Of a DNA stretch of 64,000 nt, positions 1 to 10,246 are shown piece after piece. The DNA comes from Candidatus Nomurabacteria bacterium RIFCSPLOWO2_01_FULL_39_18 (GTDB lineage: Bacteria > Patescibacteriota > Minisyncoccia > Phycocordibacterales > UBA9973): assembly GCA_001787005.1 (NCBI GenBank), contig MFUV01000006.1, positions 16,197 through 80,196 of the forward strand. Direction: 5' to 3'. The number at the start of each line of letters is the position of its first letter. The first letter of the stretch is position 1. The notes beneath the pieces were generated by a model. The model was given only the letters and a program-made list of their open reading frames with translations, did no database searches and was not told the origin of the DNA. The translations under genes were made by a program, and so were the position numbers.

Positions 1-158
1 GAATGATGGTATCTTCTAGATCTTTTGCCTTTTTGCCGATGAAAAATCTTTTCAAACGTTTCTCTGTAGAGACAACCCAAACAACGAGAACCAAGATAAT
101 GATTCCAACCAAAACAAAAAAAGCCAATAAAAAAATGCTGTCGAGCTTTATATCCATG
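1..158 (-). CDS. Partial CDS running off the window start; the N-terminus (MDIKLDSIFLLAFFVLVGIIILVLVVW...) is a hydrophobic membrane anchor.
   Basis: The reverse complement of 156-158 is an ATG followed by an open frame to position 1. The ORF is short and truncated by the window edge. Confidence 0.3.
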
Positions 159-181
159 CAGAGATAATATATACTATTTTA

Positions 182-1492
182 ATGCTTAAATCAAATGATG
201 ATAACGACAAAAAGCGTAAAATTATATACCTTGATTACGCATCGAGCGCTTCCTATTTATCTGCGAATCCTGGAGCCATCCATGAATTGGGAGTAAAAGA
301 AAAAAAAAAATTAGAAAATGCAAGGGCAAAAATTGCTAAAATTTTAAACGCGCGCAGAGATGAAATAATTTTTACATCCGGAGCCACAGAGAGCAACAAT
401 TTGGCTATTTTAGGTGTTGTGAATGCTACAAAGGAGAAAGGTTTTTTCAGGTCCTCGGAAAAAATCCCCAGACCATTCAAAAACCTTTCTCCTTTTCCGC
501 ATATTGTGACAACAAATATCGAACATGCATCAGTCCTGGAAGTCTACAAACATCTAGAGAGAACAAAACAAGCGAGGGTGACTTATGTAGAAGTTGAATC
601 GAGTGGAATAGTGAATCCAAAAAAAATAAAAAAAGCTTTAACAAAAGATACAATACTTGTCTCTGTCATGTATGCAAACAACGAGATAGGCACGATTCAG
701 CCGATAGGGGAAATTGCAAAAGAGATTAGGCATTGGAAAAAAGGAAAAAATAGGTTTTTGGAGCACGGATATTTTTCTGCTGAAAAATTCCTCGTGCTCG
801 CGCCGTCGCGCTCCCAAGTCTCCAAAAACCTATTTTTTCCTTTTTTCCATACTGACGCTACCCAAGCAATAAATTATCTACCCATCAATGTTCAAAAATT
901 AGGCGTTGATTTGATGTCTTTTAACGGCGCTAAAATTTATGGACCAAAAGGGGTTGGCGCTTTGTATGTTAAAAAAAACACACCGATCAGTAAGATTATG
1001 TTTGGGGGAGACCAGGAGAAGGGGTTGCGGCCGGGAACAGAAAATGTTATAGGAGTAGCTAATCTGGCTCATTCTCTAGAAATTACAGAGAGAATAAAAG
1101 AAAAAGAAGTAAAACGTCTAAGCAGACTCCGGGATTATTTTTTTATAAGACTTCAAGAAATGTCAAAGACGGTCTTTGACACTCCATTGGTTATAAGTGG
1201 GGATTTAAAAAATAGATTACCAAACAATGTGAACATCACAATACCCGGCATCCCGAGCGATCTTTTAGTTATTGAGCTTTCCGGGAGGGGAATAATGGCT
1301 TCAGCAAAGAGCGCCTGTAAGGCAGGGGATGGCAAGGCTTCCCATGTAATACAAGCGATTCATCCAAAGACAAGCGAAACTGACGGTTCTCTGAGATTTT
1401 CTTTAGGGAGAGAGACAACAAAAAAAGATATTGATTATACGATTAAATCTCTTTCAAAAATCTTATTAAAATTAAAAAAATGGTACAATTAG
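182..1492 (+). CDS. Cysteine desulfurase, a class V aminotransferase (IscS/NifS-like).
   Basis: It has the SGATESNN and SFNGAKIYGPKGVGALYVKK PLP-lysine motifs and GLRPGTENV. It carries an in-frame ~25-aa insert (FLEHGYFSAEKFLVLAPSRSQVSKNLFF) that corresponds to a dispersed repeat element. Confidence 0.8.
   Translation: MLKSNDDNDKKRKIIYLDYASSASYLSANPGAIHELGVKEKKKLENARAKIAKILNARRDEIIFTSGATESNNLAILGVVNATKEKGFFRSSEKIPRPFKNLSPFPHIVTTNIEHASVLEVYKHLERTKQARVTYVEVESSGIVNPKKIKKALTKDTILVSVMYANNEIGTIQPIGEIAKEIRHWKKGKNRFLEHGYFSAEKFLVLAPSRSQVSKNLFFPFFHTDATQAINYLPINVQKLGVDLMSFNGAKIYGPKGVGALYVKKNTPISKIMFGGDQEKGLRPGTENVIGVANLAHSLEITERIKEKEVKRLSRLRDYFFIRLQEMSKTVFDTPLVISGDLKNRLPNNVNITIPGIPSDLLVIELSGRGIMASAKSACKAGDGKASHVIQAIHPKTSETDGSLRFSLGRETTKKDIDYTIKSLSKILLKLKKWYN
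763..838 (+). repeat. Intragenic, in-frame copy of the ~70-nt REP-like palindromic element (family copies at 14092, 15083 and 26558).
   Basis: It shares cgcgccgtcgcgctc and the ggatattttt...aaaaattcc hairpin with the other copies. Confidence 0.6.
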
Positions 1493-1495
1493 ATC

Positions 1496-1795
1496 ATGCT
1501 AGAATCAAATCCAGCTAACAAAAAATGGCAGCTTCGCGAAAAACCAAAACCGATCTCTTATATTTCAGAGAGTAGATTGAATTTTTTACGAGAAAGATTT
1601 AATAGAAGAACTTTTACTGTTAGTGATGCCTATGAAGCTTTATTGGAAATTGAAAAGAGCAGATCTTTTCTCGTTGATGAGCAAGCCATCCGCGCGTTTC
1701 TATCTCGGATGGTGGATATGGGTAGAATAAAGGTAATGACAAATCATGAAAGAAATTCTGAAAATCGTGCGCAAAAAATTTATCAGGTGATTTAA
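1496..1795 (+). CDS. Hypothetical protein.
   Basis: Called from the ORF only; no motif recognised. Confidence 0.35.
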   Translation: MLESNPANKKWQLREKPKPISYISESRLNFLRERFNRRTFTVSDAYEALLEIEKSRSFLVDEQAIRAFLSRMVDMGRIKVMTNHERNSENRAQKIYQVI

Positions 1796-1825
1796 TTTTC
1801 ATTCATGAATTGTTCCAAAAAAACT

Positions 1826-1852
1826 TTGACAAAAATAAAAAAGTGCTATAAT
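1826..1852 (+). promoter_or_regulatory. Sigma-70-like promoter, TTGACA-15nt-TATAAT, upstream of the 1859 ORF and clpB.
   Basis: ttgacaaaaataaaaaagtgctataat lies immediately 5' of the ATG at 1859. The spacer is short at 15 nt. Confidence 0.3.
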
Positions 1853-1858
1853 TAGGGC

Positions 1859-2413
1859 ATGGACATCAAGGATTTAAATAAATCACAACTTATATTGCTG
1901 GCTGTGCTCCTTTCCTTTGTAACTTCTATCGCGACTGGCATCACGACGGTAACACTGATGCAACAAGCGCCGGCGTCTGTAACCGTGCCAATTACTCGTA
2001 TTGTCAGGGAGACTGTTGAAAAAATTGTGCCAGCCAAAACTACTGACAATACTCCAGCTTTATCCAAAGATGAGAAAAAATTGCTTGAGGACCTAAAAGC
2101 CATCAAGCCACTTACGGTCACTTTGCTATTAAAAGGTTTACCTACGGAGACGGGAGAAACTGAAGATAAAATTTTAGGGACAGGATTATTTTTGGGCGAT
2201 AATAAAGTCGTGATAGCATCTATAATTACAGAACCCAAAGAAGGGGAAATTTATGTTGTCAAAAGTGTTTTAGGTGAACAAAAAGTTGCAAAGGTAACGG
2301 TAGAAAAAGATTTTACGATTATTGAATTAATTAAAACTGAAATAGAAACTCTTCCTAACCCAGACCCAAATACAAATACTATCCCAGAAGATAAAACTCC
2401 ACCAGTCCCATAA
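1859..2413 (+). CDS. Hypothetical protein with an N-terminal membrane anchor.
   Basis: There is a hydrophobic segment [24 protein letters not shown]. The overlapping antisense ORF 1852..2238 is judged spurious. Confidence 0.45.
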   Translation: MDIKDLNKSQLILLAVLLSFVTSIATGITTVTLMQQAPASVTVPITRIVRETVEKIVPAKTTDNTPALSKDEKKLLEDLKAIKPLTVTLLLKGLPTETGETEDKILGTGLFLGDNKVVIASIITEPKEGEIYVVKSVLGEQKVAKVTVEKDFTIIELIKTEIETLPNPDPNTNTIPEDKTPPVP

Positions 2414-2447
2414 AACTTTCTACTTTTTAACTTTACACCCAACATAT

Positions 2448-5168
2448 ATGCCACCATTAAATAAATTTACAACTAAAGCCAAAGATGCCATCAAGAAAGC
2501 CCACGAGCTTGCGATAGAACGCGGGGTCAATCATGTTTCCTCCCTTCATTTACTGGCGGCATTACTTCTCCAGGAAGAGTCTATGGTCAATTCAATTTTA
2601 GATAAATTAGAAATTGACACGATGCTTCTGACTGATTCTGTTTTAGAATTGATTGAATTGCCAGAATCACATAATACTCTTTCTCCCTCATATCAGATTT
2701 ATCTCAATCCTGATTTAGCACAGGTGATAGAACAGTCTGCCAAGTTGGCAGAATCAATGAAAGACGACTTTGTTTCAACTGAGCATCTCTTTATTGCCAT
2801 ATTGGAAGTCACAAGCGAGGCGCGTGAGACCTTGGCGCGATTTAGAATTCAAAAAGATTCTGTTATAAAAGTCCTAGAAGAGCTACGTAGTCAGAATATT
2901 ACTGATGTGACAGAGCCCAAAAAATTTAAATTGCTTTTTAAATACACTCGCAATCTAACTAAGCTGGCAAAGGAAGACAAACTAGATCCTGTCATTGGTC
3001 GCGACAATGAAATAATGCGCATTATGCAAATACTTTCTCGCCGGACAAAAAACAACCCCATTTTGATAGGGGAGGCTGGCACTGGGAAAACAGCAGTAGT
3101 GGAGGGGCTGGCGCAAATGATCGTAAAAAGTAATGTTCCAGAATCCTTAAAAGATAAAGAACTCGTTTCCCTTGATTTAGGGATGCTTGTGGCTGGTACA
3201 AAATATCGCGGAGAATTTGAGGAGAGACTAAAAGGCATCATGAAAGAAATCGAGCGATCAGACGGCAGAATTATTCTTTTCATCGACGAAATTCACACGA
3301 TTGTTGGAGCGGGTGGCGCTGAAGGCACGATGGATGCTTCGAATATGTTAAAGCCGGCGCTTTCTCGCGGAGAACTGCGGGCTATCGGCGCAACGACATT
3401 GCGAGAATATCAAAAACATATTGAAAAAGATCCGGCTCTGGCGAGACGTTTCCAGCCAGTATATATCGATGAGCCTGGGATAGAAGATGCTATTGCGATA
3501 CTGCGGGGGTTAAAAGAAAAATATGAGCTTTTCCACGGTGTCCGTATTACTGATGATGCGATAGTTTCTGCGGTCAATCTGTCTGCTCGTTACATCACTA
3601 ATAGATTCTTGCCGGACAAGGCGGTGGATTTGATAGACGAAGCCTCTTCTTCTCTTAAAATAATGCTTGAAAATAAACCACCAGTTTTGGAGGATGCGCA
3701 TAGAAAAATAATGCGCTTAGAAATCGAAAAAGAAGCATTAAAAAAAGAGGTTAGTTCCTTTGCTCTAGAAAAAAACAAAGAAGAAAAGGAAAAAGAAAAA
3801 GAGATAAAAAATAGAATTAAAGAGGTAGATAAAGAAATAGGCAATTTATATGAAAAGACAAAAGAGCTTGAACTGAAGTGGAAGAATGAAAAATTAATCG
3901 TGGTTGAAATACGCTCGATTAAAAAGGAACTGGAAAGTATAAGACTGGAGGCAGAAGATGCGGAAATGAAATCAGATTTATCTCGCGCCGCGGAAATACG
4001 TTATGGTAAAATACCAGCGCTTAAAAAAGATCTTGAAGTCAAATTATTGCGTCTAAAGAAACTTCAGAAATCGCGCAGAATCCTAAAAGAAGAAATTACG
4101 ACCGAAGACATCGCGGAAGTGGTTGCTCGCTGGACAGGCATACCGCTTACCAAGATGCTTGAGGAAGAGCGTGTAAAGCTGGAGAAGATGGAAGTAGAAT
4201 TGAAGAAAAGGGTTATTGGTCAAGACGAGGCTATAATGCGCGTGGCGGATGTCATACGACGCAGTCGCGCTGGCATAGGAGACCCCAACAGGCCTATCGG
4301 ATCCTTCATCTTTCTGGGTCCGACGGGGGTTGGAAAAACCGAACTTACTAAAGCGCTCGGGCAGTTTATGTTCAACGATGATCGCGCGATTATCCGTGTG
4401 GACATGTCTGAATACATGGAAAGGCATTCAATGTCCAAACTCATCGGTTCTCCTCCGGGATACGTTGGTTATGATGAAGCGGGACAACTGACCGAATCCG
4501 TGCGGCACAGACCATATGCGGTGATACTCTTTGATGAAATTGAGAAAGCTCATCCGGAAGTTTTCAACGTGCTCCTCCAGGTTATTGATGAAGGAAGATT
4601 GACGGATGGAAAGGGGAGAGTAGTGAACTTCAAAAACACAATTATTATTCTTACTTCCAACATCGGCTCGCAATTCGTAGAAAAAATGGAATCAATCGGA
4701 TTTTCCAATAATTCCAATAAGCAAGACTACGGTAATATGAAAGAAAAAGTCATGGAAGCGCTGAAAGACAATTTCCGTCCGGAATTCCTAAATCGTCTTG
4801 ATGAAACTATTGTCTTCGACATCCTATCTCTGGAAGCCTTGAAAGAAATAGTAAACTTGAGGATAAAAGTGGTCAAAGATCGCTTAGCCGGGAAGGGCAT
4901 CAATTTTGAAATTACCGAAGAGGCCTTGTCTCATTTAGCAAAAGAGGGCTACGATCCGCATTTTGGCGCTAGGCCCTTGAATCGCTTGATTCAAAATAAA
5001 ATTTTGAATCCTGTTGCGTCATACATTATTGGGAATGGAGTGAAAAAAGGCGATACTGTCTCTGTCTCTGTAAAAAACGAAGAGCTTGTTATCGAGAAGA
5101 AAAAGAACCATTTAAGAGGAGGCAAAATAAAAAGTTCAATTAGCGTACGACCGAAGTCTGAGGTGTAA
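2448..5168 (+). CDS. clpB: ClpB, the AAA+ disaggregase chaperone.
   Basis: It has two NBDs ([16 protein letters not shown] and [16 protein letters not shown]), a long coiled-coil M-domain between them, and [19 protein letters not shown]. Confidence 0.9.
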   Translation: MPPLNKFTTKAKDAIKKAHELAIERGVNHVSSLHLLAALLLQEESMVNSILDKLEIDTMLLTDSVLELIELPESHNTLSPSYQIYLNPDLAQVIEQSAKLAESMKDDFVSTEHLFIAILEVTSEARETLARFRIQKDSVIKVLEELRSQNITDVTEPKKFKLLFKYTRNLTKLAKEDKLDPVIGRDNEIMRIMQILSRRTKNNPILIGEAGTGKTAVVEGLAQMIVKSNVPESLKDKELVSLDLGMLVAGTKYRGEFEERLKGIMKEIERSDGRIILFIDEIHTIVGAGGAEGTMDASNMLKPALSRGELRAIGATTLREYQKHIEKDPALARRFQPVYIDEPGIEDAIAILRGLKEKYELFHGVRITDDAIVSAVNLSARYITNRFLPDKAVDLIDEASSSLKIMLENKPPVLEDAHRKIMRLEIEKEALKKEVSSFALEKNKEEKEKEKEIKNRIKEVDKEIGNLYEKTKELELKWKNEKLIVVEIRSIKKELESIRLEAEDAEMKSDLSRAAEIRYGKIPALKKDLEVKLLRLKKLQKSRRILKEEITTEDIAEVVARWTGIPLTKMLEEERVKLEKMEVELKKRVIGQDEAIMRVADVIRRSRAGIGDPNRPIGSFIFLGPTGVGKTELTKALGQFMFNDDRAIIRVDMSEYMERHSMSKLIGSPPGYVGYDEAGQLTESVRHRPYAVILFDEIEKAHPEVFNVLLQVIDEGRLTDGKGRVVNFKNTIIILTSNIGSQFVEKMESIGFSNNSNKQDYGNMKEKVMEALKDNFRPEFLNRLDETIVFDILSLEALKEIVNLRIKVVKDRLAGKGINFEITEEALSHLAKEGYDPHFGARPLNRLIQNKILNPVASYIIGNGVKKGDTVSVSVKNEELVIEKKKNHLRGGKIKSSISVRPKSEV

Positions 5169-5195
5169 AAAGTAAGAAAATAACAAAATTTAGAC

Positions 5196-5930
5196 ATGGA
5201 AAGCCCTCCCAAAATAATTCCATCTCTTTTGAAAAATTCTGTGGCTGAGTCCGGAGCGGTTCCAGAGCCGGCGCCAGAGCAACCAGCCGAGATTGCTTCT
5301 GAACAAGCAACTGCAACCACAAGAGACATGGTAAATGCAAAAGAAGCTCAAAAAGTTGCCAAAACATCTAGGGCTACTGAAGAAGATGTCGAACGATTGA
5401 GACAAAAAATAACTAGAATTTTCGAAGGTAGAAAAAATTATACAGAGAAAATTCATGAAATATTACAGAAACATGATGTTGCCACCCCATTTAACACTCT
5501 TAGAATTATATTGAATTCACGGGTGGAGCAAGGATTTAACCCGATTGTTAATCCAGATGCAATAAGTGCTTTGTCGACAGCAGTAGAAGGTTTAGAAAAA
5601 ATTATCCGACAATCTGAAATTACTATTGAGGATGTGAAAACAGAATTTTCAAGACATAGTGCTCTTTTAAGGTCTCTATTTGAAAATATACCAAGGATAA
5701 ATGTAATTAATGATAATACAGAAAGTCTACTATCAGTTGGTCAAGCCTTTGCGGGAATTCACAAGATGAATGAAGATCTCATTCGGGAATTTAGTGGGGC
5801 TGATGAGTCGGCCGAAAAAAAAGAAAGCGCGGAATTAAATGCAGTCTTACACGAAACAAACAATTATTTAGATAGAGCTGTCCGATATATAAACGAAAAG
5901 CTATCAGTGCTAGAAGATTACAGCAGATGA
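5196..5930 (+). CDS. Hypothetical protein.
   Basis: Called from the ORF only. Confidence 0.4.
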   Translation: MESPPKIIPSLLKNSVAESGAVPEPAPEQPAEIASEQATATTRDMVNAKEAQKVAKTSRATEEDVERLRQKITRIFEGRKNYTEKIHEILQKHDVATPFNTLRIILNSRVEQGFNPIVNPDAISALSTAVEGLEKIIRQSEITIEDVKTEFSRHSALLRSLFENIPRINVINDNTESLLSVGQAFAGIHKMNEDLIREFSGADESAEKKESAELNAVLHETNNYLDRAVRYINEKLSVLEDYSR

Positions 5931-5991
5931 AATTGCATAGGAATTTCCTGTGTAGTATTTCCTGTGTGGTGGGTGATAAGGATGCAAGAAA

Positions 5992-6708
5992 GTGTTTTTT
6001 GTGGATAACCCTATTGCAACAGGCGTAGGTATGATTTATAATGTGCATATGGCGCCCTTACCTGCTATATCAAAGAATAAATTGTCTCTGGTGCGAAATT
6101 TATATTTGAATAAAAAACTCTGCGTGAGAGAAATAGCAGAGCATTTGAAAGTTTCAGCAGATGCGGTTACTTCATTTTTTCGGAGACATAATATTCCGAA
6201 GAGATCATACAGCGAGGCTCAACAGGTGGAATTCAATAACAGGCCTTTATCATTTTCTAAACAGAAACTAAATTCGCATTATCTTAAAGAACTTTCACTT
6301 GTTGGCACCATGTTGTATTGGGCAGAGGGATATAAAGGAAAAATTTCCAACACAACAATAGATTTTGCAAACAGCGACCCCTTGATGATAAAACTTTTTC
6401 TTCAATTCTTTCGCCTTATATTTAAACCCGACGAGAAAAAGATAAGAATATATCTGTATTGCTATGCAAATCAAAATGTTAAAGAATTTACAAATTTTTG
6501 GAGCAAGCTCACCAGGGTTCCTAAAGCTCGATTTTTAAAACCCTATGTTCGATCTGATTTTAGGGAAGATGGTAGAAAAATGAAGCATGGTATGGTACAC
6601 GTACGTTATCATGATAAGAAACTTTTACTAGAGATAAAAAGTATGATAGAGTTATATGTGAAGAAATATATGCGCCGGTCGTATAGTGGCAATTACACGA
6701 CGCTGTAA
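5992..6708 (+). CDS. Hypothetical HTH-containing protein, possibly a degenerate LAGLIDADG-like domain. Its 3' end overlaps tRNA-Tyr.
   Basis: There is an HTH-like KKLCVREIAEHLKVSADAVTSFFRRHNIP and a segment LYWAEGYKG...IDFANSDPLMIKLFLQFF. The stop codon TAA falls inside the tRNA anticodon loop. Confidence 0.35.
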   Translation: MFFVDNPIATGVGMIYNVHMAPLPAISKNKLSLVRNLYLNKKLCVREIAEHLKVSADAVTSFFRRHNIPKRSYSEAQQVEFNNRPLSFSKQKLNSHYLKELSLVGTMLYWAEGYKGKISNTTIDFANSDPLMIKLFLQFFRLIFKPDEKKIRIYLYCYANQNVKEFTNFWSKLTRVPKARFLKPYVRSDFREDGRKMKHGMVHVRYHDKKLLLEIKSMIELYVKKYMRRSYSGNYTTL

Positions 6709-6758
6709 ACGTCGCGACCTTTTGGTCTTCGTTGGTTCGAGTCCAACCCGGCGCACCA
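6672..6758 (+). tRNA. tRNA-Tyr (GTA anticodon), type II with a long variable arm and encoded CCA.
   Basis: The acceptor stem GCGCCGG/CCGGCGC is 7 bp. The anticodon stem-loop is CGACG-CTGTAAA-CGTCG, the variable arm is GACC-TTTT-GGTC, and the T arm is GTTGG-TTCGAGT-CCAAC. Discriminator A plus CCA follow. Confidence 0.8.
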
Positions 6759-6764
6759 AAAAAT

Positions 6765-7070
6765 ATGGAACAAAACCCAGCACAGCAAGAAAAGAAAAAA
6801 AAGACTTATGAAGAAGCTCTTGCTTTGGCAAAAGCAGACAAAGAGTGGATAAAAACAAAGATCGTAGTTCTAGAAAATCATCTAGTAGAGACAGCCTCAA
6901 AAACTGTTGGTTTGGAAATGAGATCATTTGCCAGAAGAGTTCAGGGATTAAAAAGCCTAAAGAAGTTAACACAATTAGGTAACGACCATAGAATGCTCGA
7001 TGGCTTTGATTTAGAAAAGAAAGCAGTAATAGTTTTTTGTAGAAAAAATAACATAGAATTAATCGGCTAA
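6765..7070 (+). CDS. Hypothetical protein. The start was moved to the first ATG outside the tRNA.
   Basis: The tracked ORF starts at 6732, inside tRNA-Tyr. The in-frame ATG at 6765 gives MEQNPAQQEKKKK... Confidence 0.35.
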   Translation: MEQNPAQQEKKKKTYEEALALAKADKEWIKTKIVVLENHLVETASKTVGLEMRSFARRVQGLKSLKKLTQLGNDHRMLDGFDLEKKAVIVFCRKNNIELIG

Positions 7071-7178
7071 TAAGTTACGAGTCATTTGTTATTTCCCCAA
7101 ATCCATGTTATTATAAAGTAGATTTCAAAAGGGCCTTAGGGCTTTTTTGTTTCATCAACCCTATGGAAATACGAAACA

Positions 7179-7210
7179 TCGAACGAAAGCAAAGCTTCAT
7201 ACGGGGCAGG
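7179..7210 (+). promoter_or_regulatory. Conserved 32-nt motif tcgaacgaaagcaaRgcttcRtacggggcaRg upstream of typA; a second copy lies upstream of dnaJ.
   Basis: It is a near-identical copy of 46409-46440. Confidence 0.4.
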
Positions 7211-7245
7211 TATAGCAATCAATAAAGATATAATGAAAATTATTT

Positions 7246-9084
7246 ATGGAAATTAGAAATATCGCAATTATTGCGCACGTGGATCATGGCAAGACGACCC
7301 TGACCGATGCTCTGATGAAGCAAAATGGCGCTCTGCAAGATGAAGGAGTGTCAATGGATTCAAATGCTCTAGAAAAAGAGCGTGGTATTACTATCTACTC
7401 AAAAAACACCTCCATCTTTTATAAAGATACTAAGATAAACATTGTAGATACTCCCGGCCACGCGGACTTCGGCGGAGAAGTAGAACGTGTTTTGCGGGCT
7501 ATCGATTCTGTGCTTTTGCTTGTAGACGCAGTCGAGGGACCGATGCCTCAGACTAGATTTGTTTTGAAAAAGTCTTTAGAGCTTGGACTCAAACCCATCG
7601 TAGTTATAAATAAAATAGACAAGCCTGCTTCCGATCCACATCGAGTACATGATGAAATTTTGGGATTATTTTTTGAATTAGGCGCTTCCGAAGAGCAGGC
7701 CAATTTCGAAACGATTTACGCTATCTCGCGCGAGGGGAAAGCCTTCAAGAATCTTGGTGATGAATCCAAGGACCTTTCTCCATTGCTTGATTTAATATTA
7801 GAAAAAGTCGTACCAGCCTCAGGTCGAGAAGATGAAAAAATGTCGGCTCAGGTCTTCAACTTGGGTTATGATAATTTTTTAGGCAGGATGGCTGTTGCGC
7901 GAATTTACTCAGGAAAAATTTTGTCTGGAAGCACTATTTTTGTAAAAGGTCTGCCTGCGCAGGCAGGAGAAAACGGTACGCGAAAGGGGAAAATAACGAA
8001 ACTCTTCACATTCCTCGGAATAAATCGCAAAGAAGTAGAGACTGCTTCTTCAGGTGATATCGTGCTTTTAGCCGGGGTTCCAGACATATATATCGGAGAA
8101 ACTATATGCGAAGATGAAAATACAGAACCATTACCCGCTATCGCGATCGATGAGCCCACTTTATCTCTCAACTTTCTAGTGAACGATTCTCCATTTGCGG
8201 GTCGTGAAGGGAAGTTTGTTACCTCTAGGCAAATCAAAGAAAGATTAGAAAAAGAATTGGAGATAAATGTGGGTCTTAGAGTTGATTTTTCTCCGAACCA
8301 GGGAGATAAAAAATCAGGCCTGCCTGCGCAGACAGGACCGTCTTTTTTCAAAGTCTACGGTCGGGGAGAACTTCACGTAGCAATATTGCTCGAAAATATG
8401 CGCCGGGAAGGTTTTGAGATGCAGGTATCAGAGCCGGAAGTCATTATTAAAGAAAGTAACGGAATAAAAACAGAACCATATGAAGAATTAGTGATCGATG
8501 TTCCGATGGAATTCTCCGGTAGTGTCATAGAAAAGATCGGCAAACGAAGGGGGGTAATGAGGGATATGGTAGAAAAGCAAGGAATTGCAAGGATTATTTT
8601 CGATATACCAACCCGAGGCTTTCTGGGCTATCGTGGGGAATTTATCATAGACACAAAGGGGGAAGGAATAATGTCAGGAAGGGTTACCGGCTTTAAAGAA
8701 TATGCTGGAGAAATTAAAAAAAGAGAGTATGGATCTATGGTTTCTATGGTCTCCGGCAAAGCGGTAGCCTTTTCCCTTGCAAATCTTCAGGAACGTGGTA
8801 TATTGTATATTGAGCACGGAACTGAAGTGTACGAAGGGATGGTCATTGGCAATGTTTTAAAAGGAGATGACATGTCGGTGAATCCTACGAAAGGGAAACA
8901 GCTCACCAATATGCGGGCATCAGGCACTGACGAAGCTATTTCCTTGAATCCGGTTTTCATTTTAAGTATTGAACGAGGTCTTGAGGTTATGAGCGCAGAT
9001 GAGTATTTAGAAATCACTCCGAAATCCGTCAGGCTTCGCAAGAAGTATCTAACCGAAATTGACAGGAAAAAGTCCCGATTATAA
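7246..9084 (+). CDS. typA: TypA/BipA translational GTPase.
   Basis: It has [10 protein letters not shown] and [16 protein letters not shown], with EF-G-like domain order. Two in-frame 18-mer palindrome inserts encode GLPAQAG. Confidence 0.9.
   Translation: MEIRNIAIIAHVDHGKTTLTDALMKQNGALQDEGVSMDSNALEKERGITIYSKNTSIFYKDTKINIVDTPGHADFGGEVERVLRAIDSVLLLVDAVEGPMPQTRFVLKKSLELGLKPIVVINKIDKPASDPHRVHDEILGLFFELGASEEQANFETIYAISREGKAFKNLGDESKDLSPLLDLILEKVVPASGREDEKMSAQVFNLGYDNFLGRMAVARIYSGKILSGSTIFVKGLPAQAGENGTRKGKITKLFTFLGINRKEVETASSGDIVLLAGVPDIYIGETICEDENTEPLPAIAIDEPTLSLNFLVNDSPFAGREGKFVTSRQIKERLEKELEINVGLRVDFSPNQGDKKSGLPAQTGPSFFKVYGRGELHVAILLENMRREGFEMQVSEPEVIIKESNGIKTEPYEELVIDVPMEFSGSVIEKIGKRRGVMRDMVEKQGIARIIFDIPTRGFLGYRGEFIIDTKGEGIMSGRVTGFKEYAGEIKKREYGSMVSMVSGKAVAFSLANLQERGILYIEHGTEVYEGMVIGNVLKGDDMSVNPTKGKQLTNMRASGTDEAISLNPVFILSIERGLEVMSADEYLEITPKSVRLRKKYLTEIDRKKSRL
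7950..7967. repeat. 18-nt palindrome (t)CTGCCTGCGCAGGCAGG, in frame within typA (LPAQAG).
   Basis: Perfect palindrome; one of four copies. Confidence 0.8.
8319..8336. repeat. 18-nt palindrome copy CCTGCCTGCGCAGaCAGG, in frame within typA.
   Basis: One mismatch from the consensus; encodes LPAQTG. Confidence 0.75.
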
Positions 9085-9091
9085 TCGGGAC
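9072..9091. repeat. Hairpin GTCCCGA-ttataa-TCGGGAC overlapping the typA stop codon.
   Basis: The stem is 7 bp and the TAA lies in the loop. No 3' T-run follows, so a terminator role is uncertain. Confidence 0.35.
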
Positions 9092-9112
9092 AAAATAAAG
9101 AAAAAATTACCT

Positions 9113-9180
9113 GTCCCGTACTAAATTTTGATTACGGGGCATAAAGATAAAGGTTATTAGTAAAATTTTAGTACCGGGAT
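9113..9180 (+). repeat. Long hairpin element with ATCCCG...CGGGAT-like termini; the 3' arm ends in the start codon of the 9179 gene.
   Basis: gtcccgtactaaatttt ...35 nt... aaaattttagtaccgggATG. A near-identical element lies at 22352. Confidence 0.55.
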
Positions 9181-10207
9181 GCCAACAATATCTTTTAAAC
9201 CCAAAAAAGTCACGAAAAAAATAGTTTCCCATCTACAAAGTCGAGCCAGCGATGTTATTTTGAATCGTTTTGGTTTGACCTTGGATGGGACCAGGAAGAC
9301 TCTTGAAGAAATTGGCAAGAAATATAACATAACCAGAGAGCGAGTACGCCAAATTGAAAATGTAGCCATATCTTTGATTAAAAAGTCTCACGCATATAAA
9401 GGGGAGCAAGTGGCTTTCGACGAACTTAAACAATTGGTGCACAAATTAGGATCCATCGTAGCTGAACATGAGCTCTTGTCTCATATTTCGAAGGACAAAG
9501 CAATTCAAAATCATATCCATTTTTATTTAGTGTTGGGCGACGTGTTTAAAAAGCACCGAGAAGACGACCATTTCCATACTCGCTGGAGTGTGGATGATGA
9601 AATGGCAGAAAAAGTGCATGACTCTTTGAAAAAGCTTTATGCAAGTTTAAATGACGAAGATCTTATACCGGAAACGGAGATGATTAAAAAATTCTTTGAT
9701 CATATGAAGGATGTTGCCGAGCAATACAAGAATGAAGAGATGGCTCGAAGATGGCTTTCTATGTCAAAAACAGTTTCCAAAAATCCACTGGGCGAATGGG
9801 GCAAGACGACATCGCCCAACATTCGGACTCGCGGGGTGAAGGACTACGCGTTTCTCGTGATGAGACGCCACGGTTCGCCTATGCATTTTAAAGAAGTTGC
9901 AGATTCCATTTCCAAAACCTTTAATAAAAAAATCCATTATGCCACATGCCACAATGAACTTATTAAAGATTCTAGATTTGTTCTGGTCGGCAGGGGAATG
10001 TATGCTCTGGCTGAATGGGGCTACAAGAAAGGCATTGCCCGTGAAGTCATCCGCGATATTTTAAAAAGAGAAGGTCCGCTTCCTAAAGATGATATTGTTG
10101 CCAAGGTTAATAAAGAAAGGTATTTTAAAAAGAACACCATACTAGTCAATCTTGTTAACCCAAAATACTTCAAGAAAAATAAAAATGGGCTTTATACCGT
10201 GGTTTAA
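9179..10207 (+). CDS. Protein with an N-terminal sigma-70 region-4-like HTH and a C-terminal HARE-HTH/winged-helix-like domain.
   Basis: TLEEIGKKYNITRERVRQIENVAISLIKK matches the sigma r4 signature. The C-terminus reads FLVMRRHGSPMHFKEVADSISK...GRGMYALAEW. Regions 1-3 of a sigma factor are absent. Confidence 0.45.
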   Translation: MPTISFKPKKVTKKIVSHLQSRASDVILNRFGLTLDGTRKTLEEIGKKYNITRERVRQIENVAISLIKKSHAYKGEQVAFDELKQLVHKLGSIVAEHELLSHISKDKAIQNHIHFYLVLGDVFKKHREDDHFHTRWSVDDEMAEKVHDSLKKLYASLNDEDLIPETEMIKKFFDHMKDVAEQYKNEEMARRWLSMSKTVSKNPLGEWGKTTSPNIRTRGVKDYAFLVMRRHGSPMHFKEVADSISKTFNKKIHYATCHNELIKDSRFVLVGRGMYALAEWGYKKGIAREVIRDILKREGPLPKDDIVAKVNKERYFKKNTILVNLVNPKYFKKNKNGLYTVV

Positions 10208-10210
10208 CAC

Positions 10211-10235
10211 CAGATAGAGCTTTAGACTCTATCTG
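10211..10235. repeat. Palindrome CAGATAGAGCTTTAGACTCTATCTG (REP-like).
   Basis: One of four copies, at 10211, 10652, 11131 and 27288. Confidence 0.7.
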
Positions 10236-10246
10236 TAAAATAAATT

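Noticed and set aside
253-5456. Numerous antisense or overlapping short ORFs inside the cysteine desulfurase, clpB and neighbouring genes (for example 253..480-, 2891..3283-, 4083..4444-, 5140..5456-).
   Set aside because: They lie entirely within well-supported conserved CDSs on the opposite strand, have no motifs, and are what a six-frame scan of an AT-rich genome is expected to produce.
7086-7140. A possible bidirectional terminator caaaagggccttagggcttttttg after the 6765-7070 ORF.
   Set aside because: The GGGC segments are direct, not inverted, repeats; only a 3-bp GCC/GGC stem can form, which is too weak to call.
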